Of a stretch of 41,998 nucleotides of DNA, positions 33,544-41,998 are shown one piece after another. A model generated the notes under the pieces. That model was not told the origin of the DNA. It saw only the letters and a list, made by a program, of their open reading frames with translations, and searched no databases. Both the position numbers and the translations under genes were made by a program. Each line of letters begins with the position of its first letter. The first letter of the stretch is position 1. The stretch covers positions 28,839 to 70,836 of the forward strand of contig HF972654.1 of the NCBI GenBank assembly GCA_000432995.1, in the 5' to 3' direction. This DNA is from Clostridium sp. CAG:1013. GTDB lineage: Bacteria > Bacillota > Clostridia > Oscillospirales > Acutalibacteraceae.

Positions 33544-34560
33544 GTGAAGATCCTTGTCACCGGCGGCGCCGGGTATATCGGTAGCCATACCGCCATTATT
33601 TTATTGGAGCAGGGTCACCAAGTGGTGATCGTGGACAACTTGTGCAACAGCAAAAAAGTTGCTGTTGACCGGATCGAGGAGCTTTCCGGGAAACAGGTTA
33701 GTTTCTACCAGTACGACGTGTGCGACGAAGAGAAAATGCGGGAAGTTTTTGAGAAGGAAAAGATCGACGCTGTGATCCACTTTGCGGGACTGAAAGCCGT
33801 GGGTGAGTCAGTGGCGCTTCCCTTGAAGTATTACGACAACAATTTGACTTCCACTTTGGTGCTGCTGAAAGTGATGAAGGAATTCGGCGTGGGGAATTTT
33901 GTGTTCAGTTCTTCCGCCACTGTGTACGGGGATCCTGCTTCCGTGCCCATCCGGGAGGATTTCCCTCTGTCCACTACCAATCCTTACGGCACCACGAAAC
34001 TGATGATCGAGCGGATCCTTACAGATTGTGCCAACGCGGATCCGGAGTTCCACCCGGTGCTGCTGCGGTACTTCAATCCGGTAGGCGCTCACGAGAGCGG
34101 CAAGCTGGGGGAGGACCCCAACGGCATCCCCAACAACCTGGTGCCCTATATCACTCAGACCGTGGTAGGCAAGCGTGATAAAGTCCATGTGTTCGGCAAT
34201 GACTATCCCACTCCGGACGGCACCGGCGTGAGGGACTATATTCATGTGGTGGACTTGGCGAAAGGTCACGCCGCGGTGCTGCCTTTGTTCGAGAAAGGCT
34301 TCACCGGAGTGAAAATGTATAACCTCGGCACAGGTCATGGGTACTCTGTGCTGGAGATGATCCAGGCGTTTTCCAAGGCTGCGGGAAAAGAGATTCCCTA
34401 TGCCATTGATCCCCGACGTCCTGGGGATATCCCTTCCTGCTATGCTGACTGCACCAAGGCTTGGGAAGAGCTTGGTTGGAAAGCGGAAAAAACACTGGAC
34501 GAAATGTGCGCGGACTCTCTGCGCTGGCAAAGGATGAATCCCAATGGCTTTGAAGATTGA
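33544..34560 (+). CDS. galE: UDP-glucose 4-epimerase
   Basis: GGAGYIGSH, FSSSATVYG, YGTTK and LRYFNPVGAH; GTG start at 33544. Confidence 0.96.
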   Translation: MKILVTGGAGYIGSHTAIILLEQGHQVVIVDNLCNSKKVAVDRIEELSGKQVSFYQYDVCDEEKMREVFEKEKIDAVIHFAGLKAVGESVALPLKYYDNNLTSTLVLLKVMKEFGVGNFVFSSSATVYGDPASVPIREDFPLSTTNPYGTTKLMIERILTDCANADPEFHPVLLRYFNPVGAHESGKLGEDPNGIPNNLVPYITQTVVGKRDKVHVFGNDYPTPDGTGVRDYIHVVDLAKGHAAVLPLFEKGFTGVKMYNLGTGHGYSVLEMIQAFSKAAGKEIPYAIDPRRPGDIPSCYADCTKAWEELGWKAEKTLDEMCADSLRWQRMNPNGFED

Positions 34561-35122
34561 ACAAAAACTAGTACTGGCTTCCTCGTCACCCAGCAGGAAA
34601 ATGCTTTTGGAGCAGGCAGGGCTCTCCTTTGACGTGGTGGTCTCCGGTGTAGACGAGACTGTCCCGGAGAACTACACACCTGCCCAGACTGTGGAAACTC
34701 TGGCCCGTCGGAAAGGAGAGGCGGTTTTGCCTCTCTGTCCGGACAAAGCTATTATTGCCGCGGATTCTGTGGTGAGCATCGACGGCCTGATTTTGGGCAA
34801 GCCCAAGGACGATGAAGCGGCGAAAGAAACTTTGCGCCGCCTTTCCGGCCGCACCCATGAGATCTTCACCGGGGTGTGTCTCCTGTGGAACGGTAAAATA
34901 GATGTGTTCCATATGAGCACCAAGGTGACGTTTTACCAGTTGACTGAGGAAGAGATTGCCGAATATGTGGCTTTGGGAGAATCCCGAGGACGGGCAGGCG
35001 CTTATGGGATCGAGGGGATCGGTGTGGTGCTGGTCCAATCCATTCAAGGTGACTACGCCAATATCGTAGGCTTACCCGTGGCGGAGACTATCCGCCGTCT
35101 GCACAAACTTTTGGGAGACTAA
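34544..35122 (+). CDS. maf: Maf family nucleoside triphosphate pyrophosphatase
   Basis: LASSSPSR, AADSVV, LGKP, AGAYGI and GDYANIVGLP motifs. Confidence 0.93.
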   Translation: MALKIEQKLVLASSSPSRKMLLEQAGLSFDVVVSGVDETVPENYTPAQTVETLARRKGEAVLPLCPDKAIIAADSVVSIDGLILGKPKDDEAAKETLRRLSGRTHEIFTGVCLLWNGKIDVFHMSTKVTFYQLTEEEIAEYVALGESRGRAGAYGIEGIGVVLVQSIQGDYANIVGLPVAETIRRLHKLLGD

Positions 35123-35170
35123 ACACACTCGCACCCGAACATGCCATTCTACGTAGGATGGAGGGTGGGG

Positions 35171-35812
35171 GTGAGAAATTTGGGCAGAAGGTTTCGCAGG
35201 CGCCATGTGACAAAGAGAAGAAAGCATTGGAAAACGCTGCTGGTGATCGCCGTTGCGTCAGTTGCAGGATGGGTGGCCTTTTCCGAGTGGGGACTTGGTT
35301 CTATCTCGGAGGAACTTACTCAAGAAGCAGCCCGAGGGTATGTTTTGGCCCGGGTGAATGAAGCCGTTGAGGAATCCATGGGAGAGGAAGGCGCTTTTGT
35401 TTCTGTGGAGAACGACGAGACTGGGAGCCCTGTGGCAGTGCGTACGGATACCGCCGCTCTCAACCAGCTTCGGGCCCAGATACTCTCCCGGCTGGAGGAA
35501 ACGCTCAACGGCAGCGTGACCGTGGAAGTGCCTGCGGGCAGCCTGACAGGCGTGGCCCTCCTAAATGGCCACGGGTTCCCTGTGCCGCTGACCATGCGCA
35601 TGGAGAGTTCAGCGGACCTTTCTTTTGAGACGGAGTTCGTCTCTGCTGGGATCAATCAGAGCTGCCATCGGATTACCATGACCATAACGGTGCAGACATA
35701 TTCCCAATCCAAGCGTTTTGAGACGCAGGCTCAAGTGGAGACTTCCACAGTTCTTGCGGAAACGGTTCTGGTGGGAAATGTACCAGAGGGCGGGCTTTTC
35801 AATATGGGATAA
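35171..35812 (+). CDS. yunB: Sporulation protein YunB
   Basis: N-terminal TM; VPAGSLTG, FVSAGINQSCHRI and AETVLVGNVP motifs; GTG start at 35171. Confidence 0.88.
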   Translation: MRNLGRRFRRRHVTKRRKHWKTLLVIAVASVAGWVAFSEWGLGSISEELTQEAARGYVLARVNEAVEESMGEEGAFVSVENDETGSPVAVRTDTAALNQLRAQILSRLEETLNGSVTVEVPAGSLTGVALLNGHGFPVPLTMRMESSADLSFETEFVSAGINQSCHRITMTITVQTYSQSKRFETQAQVETSTVLAETVLVGNVPEGGLFNMG

Positions 35813-37828
<2,016 letters not shown>

Positions 37829-37834
37829 CCGTGC

Positions 37835-39073
37835 ATGATCTGCAAATTTGAGGAACTGTATCAACAGGAAGCGCAGGCTCAGCGAGCCCGCTATAACGAG
37901 CTGCGGGAAGGATTCCAGCAGAGCTTTGGTGACAGTGAAGGCGGAGAGTTTTTCAGCGCTCCTGGCCGGACCGAGGTGGGAGGCAATCATACCGACCACA
38001 ACCACGGTCGCGTGCTTGCTGCCGCGGTGAATCTGGATATCGCTGCTTACGCTCGGAAAACAGACAACAACAAAGCAATCCTGAAGTCTGCTGAGTACAC
38101 AAAGATCGACGTGGTGGATTTGGACGATCTGGAGCGCAAAGAGGAAGAAGATGGTGTTTCTTCCGCACTGCTTCGGGGCATTTGTGCCCGCTGCCGGGAA
38201 CTGGGTTACAATGTAGGCGGTTTTGAAGCCTACACCAAAACTAGAGTTCTGAAAGGTTCCGGACTTTCCAGCTCGGCGGCCTTTGAGGTGCTGGTGGTCA
38301 CCATTATCAGCCATTTGTACAATGATGGAAAGATCGACCCTGTCACTGCGGCAAAGATTGCTCAGTACGCGGAGAACGTCTATTTTGGCAAGCCCTCCGG
38401 ACTGTTGGATCAGATGGCAAGTTCCGTGGGTGGCTTTACCTCCATTGACTTTAAAGATCCTGAAAATCCTGTCATCAATAAGGTGGATTTTGACATCACC
38501 GCAGCTGGTTACGCCCTGTGCGTGGTAGACACCGGCGGCAACCACGCCGACCTGACTGGCGAGTACGCTGCCATTCCTCAGGAGATGAAACAGGTAGCAG
38601 CCTTCTTCGGTAAGGAATTCCTTCGGGATGTGGATGAAAAAGAGTTCTACGAACATATCGGTGAAGTCCGCAAGGCCACAAATGACCGTGCAGTGTTGCG
38701 GGCAATGCACTTCTTTGACGACGACCGCCTGGCCGCTGAGGAGGCAAAAGCTCTCCGGGACGGCGATCTGGAAGCCTTCAAGGGAATGATCATCGCTTCT
38801 GGACGTTCCTCTTTGCAGCGTCTGCAAAACGTGTTCGCGTCCGTCGCTCCTCTGGAGCAGGGATTGACCCTGGCACTGGCGCTGTCCGAGCGTCTGCTGG
38901 CAGGCAAGGGCGCTTGGCGTGTCCACGGTGGCGGTTTCGCCGGAACCATTCAAGCATTTGTTCCTCTGGATCTTCTGGACGAATATCGTACTGAGATTGA
39001 AAAGGTGTTCGGTCAGGGTAGCTGTTATGTGTTGTCCATCCGTCAGGCTGGCGGCACCAAAGTGGAACTGTAA
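37835..39073 (+). CDS. galK: Galactokinase (GHMP kinase)
   Basis: APGRTEVGGNHTDHN, GSGLSSSAA, GLLDQ and HGGGFAG motifs. Confidence 0.88.
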   Translation: MICKFEELYQQEAQAQRARYNELREGFQQSFGDSEGGEFFSAPGRTEVGGNHTDHNHGRVLAAAVNLDIAAYARKTDNNKAILKSAEYTKIDVVDLDDLERKEEEDGVSSALLRGICARCRELGYNVGGFEAYTKTRVLKGSGLSSSAAFEVLVVTIISHLYNDGKIDPVTAAKIAQYAENVYFGKPSGLLDQMASSVGGFTSIDFKDPENPVINKVDFDITAAGYALCVVDTGGNHADLTGEYAAIPQEMKQVAAFFGKEFLRDVDEKEFYEHIGEVRKATNDRAVLRAMHFFDDDRLAAEEAKALRDGDLEAFKGMIIASGRSSLQRLQNVFASVAPLEQGLTLALALSERLLAGKGAWRVHGGGFAGTIQAFVPLDLLDEYRTEIEKVFGQGSCYVLSIRQAGGTKVEL

Positions 39074-39079
39074 ATAAAC

Positions 39080-39128
39080 AAAAAAGGCTTCGCTGCCGTC
39101 GGGAAACCGGGGCAGCGAAGCTTTTTTT
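39080..39128. terminator. Bidirectional terminator
   Basis: AAAAAAGGCTTCGCTGCC...GGCAGCGAAGCTTTTTTT. Confidence 0.88.
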
Positions 39129-39164
39129 GTCCTACCATAAAAAGGCAATGGGAAACACAGCATG

Positions 39165-39575
39165 TTATCCTTTGCGGCGTTTCAAGATTTTTTCCAGATC
39201 TTGAAGAAACCCGTCTACATCTTCCACGTGGGAGTATTTCAGCAGAGAGCACACAATGGATGGAATATCCTCTGGTGTGAATTTTTCCGAGGAAGTGATC
39301 TGCAATGCGAAATGCTCGTTGCGGGTCACCGTGGGAGCGTAGCGCCGGGCATAGTTGCGTTCCTTTCCCATGCCGCTTACCACCACGATGTATTCCTTCT
39401 CGATCAGGTCATTAATGAGCAGATGGAAGGAGTTGACAGCGAACAGGGGTTTTTCCTTTTCGGTCAACGCAGCTTCCAAAATCTCGGGACGGCCCAAAGG
39501 TCTGTCAGCGTCCCACAAGATCTCCATTAATGCCAATTCCGATTTCGTGAGTGGGAACCGTTTGTTCTTTTTCAT
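39165..39575 (-). CDS. BlaI/MecI/CopY family transcriptional regulator
   Basis: LTKSELALMEILW N-terminus, winged HTH and RRYAPTVTR; upstream TTGACT-17-TAAACT. Confidence 0.8.
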   Translation of the reverse strand: MKKNKRFPLTKSELALMEILWDADRPLGRPEILEAALTEKEKPLFAVNSFHLLINDLIEKEYIVVVSGMGKERNYARRYAPTVTRNEHFALQITSSEKFTPEDIPSIVCSLLKYSHVEDVDGFLQDLEKILKRRKG

Positions 39576-39891
39576 AGGGTACCTCAGTTAAAATTAATTT
39601 CGCTCAAATGTATACGTTCAGTTTAATTTTTTGCTTTGAAAAAGTCAAGATAGTTTCCGTAATTCCACAAAAAAATATACAAAAATAAGAGGACTTGTCA
39701 TTTTTGTCTGCATTTTTGGAAAAATTTGGAAGAAAACCATGGCAGTTTTATGGACAGCCTCAAATGCCGCAGGAAAAATCGAATAGGGCATTTTCCTTGC
39801 AGTTTTGTGGACGCTGTGGTATACTATTCAACAGGTTGTGCCCATTTTCACTTGGGACCACAGCCGGTATCATTTTCGAGGAGTGTGGCCT

Positions 39892-41301
39892 TTGGAAAAT
39901 CAGCTTGCTCAGGAAGAGCTCTCCCGTCAAAGATTATATGCGGCCGACGTGGCCGAAATGATGAAAGTTCGCGCTAGGGGCCCTGTACCGCTGGCTTATG
40001 TGCGCACCTACGGATGCCAGCAGAACGTGGCCGACGGGGAAAAAATCAAAGGCATGCTCAGCAAAATGGGCTTTGAGTTTGTCCATTCCCCTGAAGAGGC
40101 GGACTTCATTCTGTTCAACACCTGCGCGGTACGGGAGCACGCGGAAGATCGGGTGTTCGGCAACGTGGGAGCGTTGAAAAATATTAAGCGGCGTCACCCT
40201 TCCACCATCATCGCGGTATGCGGTTGCATGACGGAACAGGAGCATGTGGCGGAGCGTTTCCGCAAGAGCTTTCCTTTTGTGAACATTGTGTTCGGCACCC
40301 ATGTGATCCACCGGCTGCCCGAGATGCTCTATACCGCTATCACCGATTCTAAGCGAGTGTTCCTTCGGGGGCATGAAGGGGAAGAGGTGCTGGAAGGCAT
40401 CCCTACCCGCCGGGACGGCAAGTCCAGAGCTTGGGTGACGGTGATGCTGGGCTGCGACAATTTCTGCTCCTACTGCATTGTGCCTTATGTGCGTGGCCGT
40501 GAAAAAAGCCGCCGGCCTGATGAGATCGTAGCTGAGTGCCGGGAATTGATCGAAGCCGGTTACAAGGAGATCACCCTGCTGGGGCAGAACGTCAACTCCT
40601 ACGGGAAAGGTCTGGAGGAGAATGTGAATTTCGCAGAGCTTCTCCGCCGGATCGACGCTATCCCCGGGGATTACCGTATCCGGTTCATGACGTCTCATCC
40701 CAAGGACGCTTCTAAAGAGCTGTTCGACGTGATGGCCGGCAGCACTCACATTCCTCACTACATTCATCTGCCTTTCCAGTCTGGAAATGACCGGGTCTTG
40801 AAGGAAATGAACCGGCATTACGACCGGGAGCAGTACCTTTCATTGATCCGCTACGCCAGAAGTGTCATGCCGGATATCAGTTTTACTTCGGACGTGATTG
40901 TGGGATTCCCCGGGGAGACCTATGAGGAGTTTCAAGATACGCTGAGTTTGATCCAGGAAGTGGAGTTCACCTCCTTGTTTACCTTTATCTATTCTCCCCG
41001 TCAGGGGACAAGGGCCGCCAAGATGCCAGACCCTGTCTCCCACGAGGAAAAGACCCGCTGGTTCTCGGAACTTTTAAAGGTCCAGGAAGAAGTTGCTGCC
41101 CGGCGCTGCCAGAGTATGGTGGGCACCACTGAGCGTGTTTTGGTAGAGGAGCGAAACGAGAAGTCCGGCCTGCTTTCCGGCAGGACCAATTCCAGTGTGG
41201 TCATCGAGTTTCCCGGAGAAGATGAGCTCCTGGGGCAGTACGTCACCGTAAAAGTCACCAGTGCCCGCAGTTGGATGCTCCAGGGAGAACTGGTGGATTA
41301 A
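39892..41301 (+). CDS. miaB: tRNA-2-methylthio-N6-dimethylallyladenosine synthase
   Basis: TYGCQQN, NTCAVRE, radical SAM CDNFCSYC, RFMTSHP and C-terminal TRAM; TTG start after GAGGAG. Confidence 0.96.
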   Translation: MENQLAQEELSRQRLYAADVAEMMKVRARGPVPLAYVRTYGCQQNVADGEKIKGMLSKMGFEFVHSPEEADFILFNTCAVREHAEDRVFGNVGALKNIKRRHPSTIIAVCGCMTEQEHVAERFRKSFPFVNIVFGTHVIHRLPEMLYTAITDSKRVFLRGHEGEEVLEGIPTRRDGKSRAWVTVMLGCDNFCSYCIVPYVRGREKSRRPDEIVAECRELIEAGYKEITLLGQNVNSYGKGLEENVNFAELLRRIDAIPGDYRIRFMTSHPKDASKELFDVMAGSTHIPHYIHLPFQSGNDRVLKEMNRHYDREQYLSLIRYARSVMPDISFTSDVIVGFPGETYEEFQDTLSLIQEVEFTSLFTFIYSPRQGTRAAKMPDPVSHEEKTRWFSELLKVQEEVAARRCQSMVGTTERVLVEERNEKSGLLSGRTNSSVVIEFPGEDELLGQYVTVKVTSARSWMLQGELVD

Positions 41302-41323
41302 TCCTGAAAAGGAGAGATGTTCT

Positions 41324-41554
41324 GTGAAACGTTTGGATCGGATCCTTACCATTGTCATGGCAGCTTTTACCGGCGCGTTTCTAGGCCATGGAATCTATCT
41401 TTTCTGGGAACAAAGCACCCATCCAGAGCTGTACGCTTCTTGGTCCGCGCCCTGGTACGTTCAGTTGATCGTCCCGGGGATCGTGCTTATGTGCGTACTG
41501 GTCTTGGGAGCCGGTGCAAAATGTATCATTCATTGCAAGCTAAAAAAGTCATGA
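41324..41554 (+). CDS. Small two-TM hypothetical protein
   Basis: GTG after AAGGAG; two hydrophobic helices flanking HPELYASWSAPWY. Confidence 0.7.
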   Translation: MKRLDRILTIVMAAFTGAFLGHGIYLFWEQSTHPELYASWSAPWYVQLIVPGIVLMCVLVLGAGAKCIIHCKLKKS

Positions 41555-41600
41555 GGCTTTTTTACAATATTTAAGAAAAATTCATTTGGAGGAAATATCT

Positions 41601-41998
41601 ATGGATATCATCGAATTGACAAGAGACTTGGGCCGTGCTTTGCAGAACGACGAGCGTTACATCGCCATGATGGCTGCCCGCCAGGCCAGCGACGAGGACG
41701 AGGCTTTGCAGGAGGCCATCGGCGAATTTAACCTGAAGCGTATGGCCATTTCCAACGAGGCTCAGAAAGAGGATCGCAACGACGAGACTCTTCAGCGCCT
41801 GAACGAGGAGTTCCGTGCTGTGTATCAGAAGATCATGGAGAACGAGCATATGCTTCGCTATAACGACGCGAAGAACGAGTTTGACGCTCTGCTCCAGCGC
41901 ATCACCGGCATTCTCAGCATGTGCGCTGAAGGCGAGGATCCTGAGACCTGTGATTACGATGCTGCTTCCTGCGGCGGCAACTGCGCCAGCTGCGGCGG
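41601..41998 (+). CDS. YlbF/YmcA (RicAF-like) family regulator, runs off the window end
   Basis: GGAGG RBS; MDIIELTRDLGRALQNDERY...IGEFNLKR...; Cys-rich tail SCGGNCASC; downstream of miaB; absent from the ORF track because there is no stop in the window. Confidence 0.85.
   Translation, partial: MDIIELTRDLGRALQNDERYIAMMAARQASDEDEALQEAIGEFNLKRMAISNEAQKEDRNDETLQRLNEEFRAVYQKIMENEHMLRYNDAKNEFDALLQRITGILSMCAEGEDPETCDYDAASCGGNCASCG

Noticed and set aside
41571..41849. 92-aa minus-strand ORF
   Set aside because: Antisense to the YlbF-family gene starting at 41601

Overview
Chromosomal window from a spore-forming gut-type Clostridia, probably Oscillospiraceae/Acutalibacter-like (inferred from gene content, SLH domains and sporulation genes). 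It is mostly housekeeping: prfC, queH, cimA, galE, maf, yunB, ligA, galK, miaB, a YlbF-family gene and two tRNA-Ser. Accessory blocks: (i) a five-gene Ni/peptide-type ABC operon behind a sigma-A promoter and an unrecognised structured attenuator leader with twin CAGGAAG hairpin loops; (ii) a stand-alone short UvrA paralog; (iii) a four-gene cell-surface operon encoding an SLH-anchored transglutaminase-like protein, a Ser/Pro-rich lipoprotein, an AlgI-type MBOAT and an AlgJ/DHHW-type acyltransferase; (iv) a GH95 fucosidase; (v) a ~5.5 kb cluster next to tRNA-Ser with sigK/sigG-like promoters, encoding a glycosyltransferase-alpha/beta-hydrolase fusion, a Cys-rich coat-like protein, DUF6774, DUF421/YetF and an endolysin-like M23-SLH enzyme. 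A 26-aa membrane peptide ORF missing from the ORF track lies at 3007-3087. I saw no CRISPR array, integrase or transposase. All family assignments come from motif recognition, not database searches.
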